A DNA stretch of 64,000 nucleotides from Octopus sinensis. Lineage: Eukaryota. The position numbers were made by a program, and so were the translations under genes. The notes below the pieces were generated by a model that worked only from the letters and a program-made list of their open reading frames with translations, made no database searches and was not told where the DNA came from. This document shows, piece by piece, positions 24,824 through 37,820 of the stretch. The stretch's first letter is position 1. Each line of letters opens with the position of its first letter. Where the stretch lies: positions 13,143,360-13,207,359 of the forward strand of contig NC_043019.1 of assembly GCF_006345805.1 (NCBI RefSeq), written 5' to 3'.

Positions 24824-27426
24824 AATATTGTTACTATGTAAAAAAAAAAAATTATGCTTCTCCTCGTTATTGCTTTTCTCATTAGAATTAAGACAAGACC
24901 TCGCACACACGTGCCAACATTTTCACATTTAAGTATGTATGTATTTATACATTCATTCGTGTGTGTGTTTATACATATAGGCACAGGCATGGCTGTGTGG
25001 TAAGAAGCTTTCTTCCCAACCATGTGGTTCCAGGTTCATTCTCACTGCATGGCACCTTGAGCAAGTTTTTTTTTCTATTAGATAAGTACCAGTTGCATAC
25101 TAGGGTCAATCTTATCGACTAGCCCCCTCCCCCAAAATTTCAGGCCTTGTACCTAGAATAGAAAAGAATAATTATTATCAATAATACTTCTTAGGCAGTG
25201 AGCTGGCAGTATTATTAGCATGCTGGGCAAAATGCTTAGAGGTATTTCATCTGTCTGTATGTTCTGAGTTCAAATTCTGCCGAAGTCGACTTTGCCTTTT
25301 ATTATTTCAGGATCAATAAATTAAGTACCAGTTGCATACTAGGGTTGATTTAATCAACTCGCCCCACTCCCAAAATCTTGGGCCTTGTTGTCTAGAGTAG
25401 AAAAGAATATTGTTGTACTCTTTGCTGTCTTTCAGAGTTGTGTTGTTAGTATTTTCCTTTTCCAGAAGATGGGGGTCTTTTTTTTTTCTTCATCCTCTTT
25501 ATGTTATCATTCTGTTAGAAAAGTCAAACATATTATATCTGGACCATTGAGTGCAGTTGTACATTTTCTGGTGATGCTAAAGATATATTTACCAAATTTA
25601 TAAGACATGTTTGTATGCATGCACACATAAGCTTGTGTATCTATATATGTACGTGTATATATATATGCGTGTGTGTGTGTGTATTTGTGTGTAAACATTT
25701 ATCTAAACAATAACACAGATGCCAGGATAATAATATAAGGATATGTATATGTGTATATGTGTATGCACATATACATTAACTAGCTTGTATAAATACACAC
25801 ACAAACACATGTAAAAGTATTTAATGTGTATATTATATATATATATATGGAATACCTGTGTGTGTATGTATATATTATATATATATACATACACTTACAC
25901 ACACTTGCATATATATGTATATATAACACACTTGTTTGTATATATATGTTCATTATATACACGTGTGCTTTTGTATACATGCTCACATACACACACATAT
26001 ATATTTGCATACATATACGGATATAGTTGAATGTTGATATCCATATATGCATGTGAGCACGCACACAGACATGCACACACGCACACACACACACACACAC
26101 ACACACTTACTTCTCTATTTCAGACAACAGTATAAGCAAGTTTTCTTCTGCTCTGATATAATTTTTGTCAGTCTACTTAATTACCATGTCATGGTTAACA
26201 GCAGGAAATATATTTATTTTCTGCTATTTTTGGGAGCTTTTAAATATTTTCAACATGATTCTGCAATAATGTTCTTCTTTTTTTATATATATACATGTAT
26301 ATATATATATATTTATTTATTTATCTTTTTTATTCTTCGTCATCATTTACTGAGCATAATTACAAATTATTCTGACTAAAAGACAAACAGACAGACAGAT
26401 GGATTGATGGCTCGACTGATGGAAAGCAAATTCAACACACCTTTCTAGAACCAGTATAGGATGCCAATTAGTGCAGGTGTGTGTGGTTTTAGAATTTTAC
26501 TTCCCAACCATGGGATTTTGGGTTCAGTCCCACCTTGTGGTACCTCGGGCAAAATGTCCTTTACTAAGGCTCTGGGCTGGATAGATTCCTTATGAATGTA
26601 TTTTCATTGGTGAAAACTGAAAGAAGCTCACCTTAAGTTCAGTCCCACTGGAGGGCATCTTGGCCAAGAGCCAACCAATGCCTTGAAAGTTTAATTGGTG
26701 GACAGAAACCATGTTGAAGCTGGTGAGCTGGCAGAAACGTTAGCACGCTGGGCGAAATGCTTAGCGGTATTTCATCTGCCGTTACATTCTGAGTTCAAAT
26801 TCCCCCGAGGTCGACTTTGCCTTTCATCCTTTCGGGCTCGATTAAATAAGTACCAGTTACGCACTGGGGTCGATGTATTCAACTTTAATCCCTTTGTCTG
26901 TCCTTGTTATTCCCTCTGTGTTTAGCCCCTTGTGGGTAATAAAGAAATAACAAATAAAAACCTATTGAAGCTTGTTATGTATATATGTTTATGCATGGAG
27001 GGATGTTTTTTTGTGTATGTCCCCGAACCATCACTTGACAACCGGTGTTGGTTTGTCACTGTCCCTTTGGCTTAGCTTTTCAGCAAAAGAGATCAACAGG
27101 GTTCAGTGCCAGGTTTAGAAATATAAGTGTTAGATGGGGGCAGGTGATTTGTTCAACCCTTATATATAGATATGTATGTGTGTGTATATGTTTGTGTGTC
27201 TCTGTTTGTCCCTTCAGCATTGCTTGACAACCGATGCTGGTGTGTTTACGTCCCTGTAACTTAGCAGTTCGGCAAAAGGAAACCAATAGAATAAGTACAA
27301 GGCTTACAAAGAATAAGTTCTGGGGTCCATTTGCTTGACTAAAAGAAGTGCTCCAGTATAGCCGCAGTCAAATGACTGAAATAAGTAAAAATTAAATTAA
27401 AAAATGAATATATATATATATATATA

Positions 27427-27950
27427 GTGGACGAGTGACCTGTTGGGGTCACTCCTAAATCGTTATATTTATATATTTAGTCGATGACTATTTTCTCTTT
27501 TTCACCAGGCCGCTGGTTGCGATAAATTTCTATTGAAATTTTTTTGCTACCCTAAATTGACTAATTGATAATTTTCTGAATAATTCTGAGATTGAATCGG
27601 CAGTTTATATTTACTGTTGATAAGTTTGGCGCGAATACGTCAGTCTTGAAAATTTTAAGTCAGATATCCCGTAGGCATCGATACAGACGCCTCGTGTATA
27701 TTTGTCTCTCCCAGGTCTTTTACTGATGAAGTGTAACCTATGGTAGATTGGCTTAATTTAATTTAATTAAGCTAATTAATCATTAATGACACAGAAACGT
27801 TGCAACGTCTAAAAGATGAATTAGGGTAAATGTTTTTAAATTTTCACCTAATTTCTGAATTACTAATACTTGGCGGTGTGAGTTATTGCTGCTCTTTCTG
27901 GTGGACGAGTGACCTGTTGGGGTCACTCCTAAATCGTTATATTTATATAT
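27427..27950 (+). mobile_element. Retrozyme-like / non-autonomous PLE element with terminal redundancy
   Basis: Identical 50-bp direct repeats at 27427-27476 and 27901-27950 (474-bp period), (TA)n flanks, internal hammerhead. Confidence 0.75.
27716..27816 (+). ncRNA. Type I hammerhead ribozyme
   Basis: TCTTTTA CTGATGA A GTGT..54 nt..ACAC A GAA ACGTTGCAACGT C TAAAAGA: 7-bp stem I, intact core, 4-bp stem II, palindromic stem III, GUC triplet at 27807-27809. Confidence 0.8.
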
Positions 27951-27985
27951 ATATATATGTATATGGTGGTTGTCTACTCTTGTAC

Positions 27986-28170
27986 CTACACCTTCAAACC
28001 AGCATGGCATCGAATGTGACCTTTTAGACCAGACAACGTATTGAAAAGACACCCACATAGATTGCATATCTGATTTGGACCACCAAAAGCTGCAGATAAG
28101 TTCTGATCTTTGTGGATCTTGAAATGTCTTTTGAGGCCTCCGTTAGATTTGGAAACCTTCTGACATATGT
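27986..28170 (-). mobile_element. LINE (probably RTE) ORF2 C-terminal zinc-finger remnant
   Basis: [18 protein letters not shown] and CNLCGCLFNTLSGLKGHIRCH, then stop, a short UTR and a TA tract; the 5' side is a microsatellite, not an exon boundary. Confidence 0.6.
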
Positions 28171-28230
28171 ATACATACATACATACATACATATATATAT
28201 ACATACATATGTACATATATATATACATAC

Positions 28231-28272
<42 letters not shown>

Positions 28273-28373
28273 TGACCGACCAGACCATCAGATGTTGTTA
28301 CACATCGCTGGTCACAATGCGTTCGCATTGTTTTAGCCTTCGAATGACGCCACCCCGCTGGCTAAGCGAGCAG

Positions 28374-28417
<44 letters not shown>

Positions 28418-28454
28418 ACACACACACACACACACACACACCCATACCTATACC

Positions 28455-28497
<43 letters not shown>

Positions 28498-29105
28498 AAT
28501 ACACATACATACACACACACACACATATATATATATAGATAATATATATATGTATATATATGGCAAATAAGAAAGTGGAGGATACAAAATGGACAGACAT
28601 CAGCCAATAAACATTCCAGTATGTCTATGTATTAGAATGTATTAGATGAATACAACCACATTTATTAGTAGTACAGCATATCAGATCTAAAGAGTTGGTA
28701 ATTCCAAGAACAAAGGTGTGGAAGCATATAATCATATGGGAACAGGTGATTAATTGAGTACATGAGGAAATGAGCAGATTGTCAGTAATGCTTCTTTTAC
28801 CCCCCACACATGTATAATACTCAATTGCAAGATTGCCACGCAATGACTAGCACTTGACTAGGAATGATTGGGTACACTACCAGCAGTATATTGGACAGGT
28901 ACTATCCCTTGGTTGGTTGCCTCCCCAACCTCTAACTCACACAGAAATATACACTCATACACACACACACAATTACCTATATATATATATATTTATATAT
29001 AAGCATACATACCTATATATATATATATATATATATATGGCAAATAAGATGGAAGATGGAATATATAAGAATTATTAGTAATCACTACATTCATTTTATT
29101 ATCCC

Positions 29106-29161
<56 letters not shown>

Positions 29162-29185
29162 CTATATATACATATACATACATAG

Positions 29186-29236
<51 letters not shown>

Positions 29237-29337
29237 AAAAGACACATGCATACCTGTATATGCATACATATATGTACATATATACATATCTATATATATA
29301 TATATAGGTGTGTGTGATTGTATATATGTGCATATAG

Positions 29338-29380
<43 letters not shown>

Positions 29381-29754
29381 AGAAATACGTTCTGCCAGTT
29401 CCTTCCTCTGCAATCTGTGCGTATATATGTAGGGCAGGTCAAACACTAAACATGTTCATTCACGGAAATGGAGATGTTCAACTTTACAACAATTATGATA
29501 TTGATTTCAATATATTTCTATTTAAAATTAAATAAGACCTGAGAACAAACCCCCCACCCCCACCCCCATCCCTCCTCCCTCCTCCACCACCACCACCCCT
29601 CTCACCTTTCTCTCTCTAACTTTCTCTCTCATCCCTTCTTTCTTTCTGTCTTTTGTTTTCTTCTTTCGTTATTTCTGTCTTTTTTTTGTTACATTTTTCC
29701 ATTCTTTCATTTTCTGATCTGTCTTTCTTTAATTCATTTAACTTGTAAGGCTAA

Positions 29755-29789
<35 letters not shown>

Positions 29790-29919
29790 ATGGTGATTCT
29801 TTGCGTGCGTATGTATGTGCGTGTACGTGTGTTTGCACTCGTGGTTTTATGCGTGCATATGATTCGATTGCACCTATGTGTGTGTGTATGACATGAATAT
29901 ACTCGCATAGACACGCACT

Positions 29920-30765
29920 CTTGTGCATACACACACACACACACTCATCTGCATACATTCACATGCACACACAAGAGCACACACATGTATATATAAATAT
30001 ATGTATGCATATATGCATATATATATATATATATGTGTGTGTGTCTACACACACACATACAAAGACACAAAGAGCGCACACATAAATATGCATATATTTG
30101 TGTTCACAGACACACACGCAAATATGAATATATCTATGTGTATGTCTGTATGTGTGTGTGTGTATATATATGTATATATATATATATATTTGTACACAAA
30201 TACGTGTAAATATGTGTGTATATATCTCTTTGTATTCATGTACATATATACATACATATGCATACATGTAGGCATATGTGTATATATGTGTACCTGTGTA
30301 TGTGTATATACATATGTAAATGTATGTCACACGTGTGTGCGTATATATATATATATATACACATATATATATATATATGTATGTATATATATATGTATGT
30401 ATGTATATATGTATGTATATAATATATATATATGTATGTATATATATATGTATTGTATATATATATGTATTGTAATGTATATATATATATGTATGTATGT
30501 ATGTATATATGTATATATATATATATATGTATGTATATATATATGTATGTATGTATGTATATATGTATGTATGTATATATGTATGTATATATATATATAT
30601 ATATGTATGTATATATATATGTATGTATGTATGTATATATGTATGTATATATATATATATATGTATGTATATATATATGTATGTATATATGTATGTATAT
30701 ATATATGTATGTATATATATATATGTATGTATATATATATGTATATATATATATATATATATAAT
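29920..30765. repeat. (TA)n/(TATG)n array
   Basis: Directly visible. Confidence 0.95.
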
Positions 30766-30859
30766 GTAGGATGGTGGGTGAGAGCAAAGTGTGGAACCAT
30801 CTTTTGAATAATCTGCTGCTGTAGACAGTTTTAATACCATCACTGTGGGCCATTTTTAT

Positions 30860-31680
30860 TCCACTCCCTCTCTCTCCCTCCTCTCTCTCTTTCTCTTCTT
30901 GATCACTCTATCCTCCTCCTCCTCCTCAATCTTCCCTCTCTGTCTCTCTCATCTACTTTCTTAGTATTATGTCACTTCAACTCTCTCTCTCTCTCTGTGT
31001 CTCTACCTCTCTCTCTATTTATGTATCAGTTTCTCTCCCTTCTGTGTCTCTGTTTCCACCATGCTCTCTCTCTTTTACTCTCTCGTCACCCTCTCTCACT
31101 CACCTATTCTCTCTCACCCTGTCTCCCACTCAGACCACTCACTCATTCTCTCTCTCACTATCTCTCTCTCTCTCTCAGCGTCTCTCTTTGTTGCTCTTTC
31201 TCCAAGCCTGTCTTCTCATCTTATCTCTCTAATCCCTCTCTGTCTTTCTCGCTCTCTCTCTATCCATTTCATTCTTATCACTCTATTCATTTTACTGCCT
31301 CTCTCTCTTTCTCTCTCTCTATCCCTACTTATATGTATGTATGTATCTATCCATCCATCCATCTGTCTATGCTCTCTCTCTCTTTCTCTCTCTAACTCTC
31401 TTATTTCCTATCTTTCTCCATGCCTCTCTCTTTTCATCTCCTCAGTCTTTCTCTTTCTTTACTACTCCCTCCTTCTCTCTCTCCCTCTCTCTCTCACACT
31501 CCCTCTCCCTCATTCATTTACTTATCTATTTTAATCTCTCTTTATGTCTCTATCTTTATCTATCTATCTATCTATCTGTTTCTCCTTTCTCTCTCATCAC
31601 CTCTTCCTGCTCCCCACTTCCCACATCTCTCACACACACCCTTTCTCTCTGTCTCTCTCTCTCTCTCCTTCTCTTCCTCT
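30860..31680. repeat. Degenerate (CT)n polypyrimidine array
   Basis: Directly visible. Confidence 0.95.
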
Positions 31681-31979
31681 AAAAGCCGTATTTTTGTTTA
31701 CCATTGAAATTACATAGATTTCCTTTTTTCTTCGAAAATAAACTAATTCAATAAAATTAGTTCATTTGCTTATCCACCTCCTCCTCCTCTCCACCTCCTT
31801 CCTCCTCCTTCCTCCTTTCTCGCCCCCCCCTGTTTCTTCCTCCTTGCGTCGTCACAGTTCTCACATTCTAATTGTTTTCTGTCTTTAATTTCTCACGCGT
31901 TCCTATACAAATTTCGATTCCAAGTTTCGAGGAAAACAAGAATGTCGGAAGCAAACAGAAAGGATTTCCTCCTCCCCTC

Positions 31980-32430
31980 CTCCTCCTCCTCCTTCTCCTC
32001 CTCCTCATCATCATCATTATCACCGGCATCATCATCATCATTGTCGTCATCCTTGTTATCACCGTTATCATCTCCATTTTCGTCATCATCATCATCACCA
32101 TAATCGTCACCTCCATTATTATCGTCATCATCACCTCAATTCTTGTTGTCGTCAACATCATTAGCATCATCATCATCATTGGCATCATCATTGTTGTCAT
32201 CATCACTATCACCACCATCGTCATCACAACTGCTATCATCACCATCACTATGACCATTGTCATCGTCATCATTGCTACCACCATATCATCATTCTAATCG
32301 TTGTCATCATAATCAGCATCATCATCATCAGCGTTGTTATCGTCATCATCATCGTTAGCACCACTGTTGTAAGATCATCATTGTCTTCATCATTGCCATC
32401 GTTGACTTCATCTTCGTTTTCATCGTCGTC
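31980..32430. repeat. Degenerate (CAT)n array
   Basis: Directly visible. Confidence 0.9.
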
Positions 32431-33664
32431 ACAGAACACGGCAGGTTTAAGACAGGTGTTGCTGCAAAGACTTGTAAACCAGAGCAGGTGCTCATCAAGC
32501 TAATTAGGAAAAGTGAACCAAAGAGACAATCACTTCAAAACATGCTTGGATTAACATTAGTAGGACCAAGTGCATCGCTTGATGCATTTTTGAAATCTTA
32601 ATTGCACTCAATTCAAAAACTGAAGTCATAAATTTCAATAGATTAATACATTTAATAAAGGTTTTCTATTGCTCTTTTTCCTTTTTTTTTCCTTTCAAAT
32701 TGAAAAATGTCTTTGTGTCAACTGATGCATTCTGGTCCTTAAAAGGAAGGTGAAAAGCCTGGTCCTTCTGCTGTTAGTAATGGCCCTTCACCAATTCCTG
32801 GATGTGCAATTATCATTTAACTGTTCAGCATTTAAATCCTCTTTATCTGGCCTCAATTTTCAGTTTGTTTTATGTTTGAACTGGCCAGACCCAGTTAGCA
32901 CATGTTAGGGTCCCTGCCATGGCTTAAACTAGCATGTGAACCACTGTGAGTGAAGAGCCCCTGGTTCTCATTAGATCTTCTTATTTTTCCCTTTCAAATT
33001 GAAAAATGTCTTTGTGTCAACTGATGCATTCTGGTCCTTAAAAGGTAACTGAAAAGCCTGGTCCTTCTGCTCTTAATAATGGCCCTTCACCAATTCCTGG
33101 ATAAGCATGTGTTCTATGTGCTGGGATGTTTATCTGAAGCATATGTGAGGAGAATACCATTTGAAGGAGGAAATATATGATGGCATTTCTTCCGGGTTTC
33201 AAATTCCACTGACGTCGAATTTGCCTTTCTGCCTTTCGGGGTTGATAAATTAAGTACCAGTCAAGTACTGTGGGTTATGTGATCGACTTACGCCCTCCTC
33301 CAAAATTTCAGGCCTTGTGCCTACAGAAGAAAGGATTATTATTATTATTATCTTTGCACCGCTTCTAACGCAGGAAATGTACTTCAGTGTCAGCTGTTCA
33401 CTACCAGTGAACTAAGGTAACACCTCTCACTTTTTGGGCACCTCCGGAGTATTACTCGAAAAATAAGAGGTGTTATCATTATTATTATTATTATTTTTAT
33501 TATTATTATTATTATTATTATTCTGCTGAGGTCGACTCTGCCTTTCACCTTTGTCGAGGTCGATAAAATGAAATACCAGTGAAATAATGGGCGATGGGGT
33601 TGAAGTAATGAACTTGCTCCCTTCCTTTCAAAACTTCTGGCTTTATGCCAAAATTGGAAACCAT

Positions 33665-33690
33665 TATAATAATTTCATCATCATCATCAG

Positions 33691-33735
<45 letters not shown>

Positions 33736-34125
33736 TGTCATTATTGTTATTATTACTATTGTCATTATTGTTATCATTGTTATTTTTATTATTATTATTA
33801 TCATTGTTATTATTATCATCACCATCATCATTATTATTATTATCATTATTATTTTTATTGTTGTTATTATTATCATCATCATCATTATTATTATTATTAT
33901 CATTATTATTTTTATTGTTGTTATTATTATCATCATCATTATTATTATTATTGTTATTATTATTATTATTATCATTATTATTCTTACTATTGTCATTATT
34001 GTTATCGTTATTTTTATTATTATTATTATCATTGTTATTATTATCATCATCATCATCATCATTATTATTATTATTGTCATTATTGTTATTATTATTATTA
34101 TTATTATTATCATTATTGTTGTTAC
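33665..34125. repeat. (ATT)n/(ATC)n array
   Basis: Directly visible. Confidence 0.95.
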
Positions 34126-34605
34126 ATCAGAAATAACTGTTGCTATATAAAATATTGTTATCATTGTTGTGAAATAGTCAATAGATGATGGTATGCAGCA
34201 TTGGAATAGGAATAAAGGTTGCTTTCTTTTTTTTTTTTTTTCTTTCCTTTCTTTTTTTTTTTTTTTTCATAATCAATAAATTCTTACATCTTTCATCATC
34301 ACCACCATCATCACCACCACCACCACCACCTTCATTCGTTCGTTCGTTCATACAGCCAGTCAGTCAGTCAGTCATCCTCGCTTTAGATTTTCAATTTCTG
34401 GAACTGTGCAAGCCTATGCTTATTTTTCGAATATAATCAATGACCAATCAATTGATTGATCAGCACCACCAGCATTGCCGTTAATGCTGTTCTGCTTCAA
34501 TGGCATATTCTTATAATTATTCCGTTTGTCCGTTTGTAAATGTGTAAGAGTTCGCATCGAACGTTCTTGGAGCTGTCGTTTGTTATTGTTGTCATTGCAG
34601 CTATC

Positions 34606-34636
<31 letters not shown>

Positions 34637-34706
34637 ATTGTTGTTGGTGTAGTTGTTGTTATTGTTGTTGTTTCGCCCCAGTTCAGCATTGGTTGAATAT
34701 ACCTAT

Positions 34707-34940
34707 TTCTTTATTACCCACAAGGGGCTAAACATAGAGGGGACAAACAAGGACAGACATAGGTATTAAGTCGATTACATCGACCCCAGTGCGTAACTGG
34801 TACTTAATTAATCGACCCCGAAAGGATGAAAGGCAAAGTCGACCTCGGCGGAATTTGAACTCACAACGTAACGACAGGCGAAATACAGCTAAGCATTTCA
34901 TCCGGCGTGCTAACGTTTCTGCCAGCTCGTCGCCTTCAAA
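34707..34940 (-). mobile_element. Nin/Deu-like SINE with 16-bp target-site duplication
   Basis: ggttgaatatacctat at 34691-34706 and 34941-34956. Confidence 0.85.
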
Positions 34941-35606
34941 GGTTGAATATACCTATGATGAAAGGTATGCCAGTCATGACCACCCTGTCTCAGACATGGT
35001 GTATCGAGGACTTTATTATTCTTTTCTACTCTGAGCGCAAGGCCTGAAATTTTAGGGGAGGTGGTGGGGGGGGGCAGTCGACTAGATCGACCCCAGTACG
35101 CAACTGGTACTTAATTTATCGACCTCGAAAGGATAAAAGTCAAAGTTGACCTCGGTGGAATTTGAACTCAGAACATAAAGACAGTTGATGCTGTTCTGCT
35201 TCAATAGCATTTTATTATCGTTGTTGTTATTGTAGTTGTTTCGCCCCAGTTCAGCATTGGTTGAATGTACTTATGATGAAAGGTATGCCAGCTATGGCCA
35301 TCCTGTCTCAGGCATGGTGTATCAAGGACTTTATTATTCTTTTCTACTCTGAGCACAAGGCCTGAAATTTTAGGGGAGGTGGAGGGGGGACAGTTGATTA
35401 GATCGACACCAGTACACAACTGGTACTTAATTTATCGACCTCGAAAGGATGAAAGTCAAAGTCGACCTCGATGGAATTTGAACTCAGAATGTAAAGACAG
35501 ACAAATTACTGCTAAGCATTTCACCTTAAAGGACTTTATTATTTAACTGCTTGGTTGTAAGCGATGCTGGGGGGGGGGGGTCGAACAGACACACAAAATA
35601 TACGCG

Positions 35607-35668
<62 letters not shown>

Positions 35669-36253
35669 CATACATACATACATATATACGATGGGCTTCT
35701 TCCAGTTTCCGTCTACCAAATCCATTCACAAGGCTTTGGTCGGCCCGAGGCTATAGTAGAAGACACTTGCCCATGGTTCTACGCAGTGGGACTGAAGCTG
35801 GGACCATGTGGCTGGTAAGCAAGCTACTTACCACACACCCACACCTGCGCCTATAAACAAATCATCTGAGCAGATCATTTGGCAAAAAGCTTAATGCTCA
35901 AATGTTGTCTTTGATGGCAGAGTCCACCATATACACACACATATTTATTAGTGACAGAGGCAGTATTAATAGCGAGAGGTAATATTTATTTCCACTTAAA
36001 CGTGGATGTTCTGTTAGAACAAGCTATACTGTGGTAGTCAGCATGAGAGAATCTCCCATATTAGCTTTTGGTGCAAAAGTCAATAGGAACCCATACCATT
36101 TTTCAGCACCAAGACCATCATGGTGGTCTCAGCAAAGCCAATGGGAGAGTTTCTCTCATGGTAACTACCACAATATAGTTTGTCCTAATAGAACACCCAT
36201 GTTTAAGTGGGGATGAATATACAGTACACACACATGCACATACACACACCACA

Positions 36254-36287
<34 letters not shown>

Positions 36288-36288
36288 A

Positions 36289-36329
<41 letters not shown>

Positions 36330-36579
36330 CAGGCTTCTGAGTTTCTCTCTATCAAATTCACTCATAAGGCATTGGTTAGCGCAACACTTTTTTCTGCAAA
36401 ATAGGGGTAGCTTATCCTGTTCAGGCTATTATTATTAGCATTATCCTGCCTTTGAGAATTTAAAATCACTTCTTTAACCTTCTAAGGCATCTTAACATTT
36501 CTAATGCAAACTCTGTTTGTTTGTTTACGCTCATCGTAATTTGAATTTTTATATATATATATATATATATATAAGCCCC

Positions 36580-36982
36580 TTTACTCATTTACTTGTTTCA
36601 GTCATTTGACTGCGGCCATGCTGGAGCACCACCTTTTTAGTCGAGCAAATTGACCCTGGGACTTATTCTTTGTAAGCCTAGTACTTATGCTATCTTATTC
36701 TTTTGCTGAACCGCTAAGTTACGGGGAAGTAAACACACCAGCATTGGTTGTCAAGCGATGCTGGGGGAGGGGGTGTGACAAACACAGACACACAAACACA
36801 CACACACAAACACACACACACACAGAGATATACATATATACGACAGGCTTCTTTCAGTTTCCGTCTACCAAATCCACTCACAAGGCTTTGGTCAGCGCAA
36901 GGCTAAGTACAAGACACTTGCCCAAGGTGCCACACAGAACCATGTGGTTGGTAAGGAAGCTACTTATCACACACCCACTCCT
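36580..36982 (-). mobile_element. Composite CORE-like tRNA SINE
   Basis: Reverse complement of the 22181-22563 family. Confidence 0.8.
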
Positions 36983-37322
36983 GCACCTATATCTATATCT
37001 ATATATATATATATATATATATACAAAATAAGAAAATGGAGAAATACATCTAAATCAATTATCAACCACCAGATAATACCCAATCACATGTATTTCTCCA
37101 TTTTCTTATTTTGTATTATTAATTTGTGGTAAAACATTTTACCTTTGCCCATGTAATACAGTAAATGAATTGATTGCATCGCAATTCTTAACATTTATGT
37201 ATTAGCTTTGTTGGGTACTTCTCTAGCAGTATATTGGATATATATTATCCCATGGAGGGTTGCATTTACAACCCCTATCTCAATTTGTATATATATATAT
37301 ATATATATATATCCGTAATAAT

Positions 37323-37761
37323 GAAGGGTGAAATTAATTAATTTGGAAAAATTATCAATTACACCAAGTAGTCTTCGGCATGTAAAAGCCTCATTCGAGG
37401 AAAATTTAAGTAATACTAAGCAATAAGGGTTTAGCAACGAGTTGCCTTACCACATACCGAATTTAGAAATAGCAGTCAAAGGGTTATAGCTATTTCTTCT
37501 ACTAAAAAGGGAGATCTCAGTAAAAACAGCAATTGGAAGGCTGACACAAACAGGTAAGAGAGAATGAATTGACTGCAATCTATCAAAATGTATGATAGAT
37601 TGCAGTCAATTCATTCTCTCTTACCTGTTTGTGTCTGCCTTCCAAATGCTGTTTTTACTGAGATCTCCCTTTTTAGTAGAAGAAATAGCTATAACCCTTT
37701 GACTGCTATTTCTAAATTCGGTATGTGGTAAGGCAATTCGTTGCTAAACCCTTATTGCTTA

Positions 37762-37765
<4 letters not shown>
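37323..37765. mobile_element. TA-flanked fold-back element with a 173-bp palindrome
   Basis: Arms 37413-37585 and 37593-37765, 7-nt loop, 3 mismatches; (TA)n both sides. Confidence 0.8.

Positions 37766-37820
<55 letters not shown>

Noticed and set aside
29923-30853. Long Y/I/M/C/H/T-rich ORFs here and at 2936, 14817, 41716, 46225 and 47463
   Set aside because: Translations of dinucleotide repeats, which lack stop codons
33587-34164. Poly-I/L ORFs here and at 48807-50587
   Set aside because: (ATT)n/(AAT)n read-through in several frames
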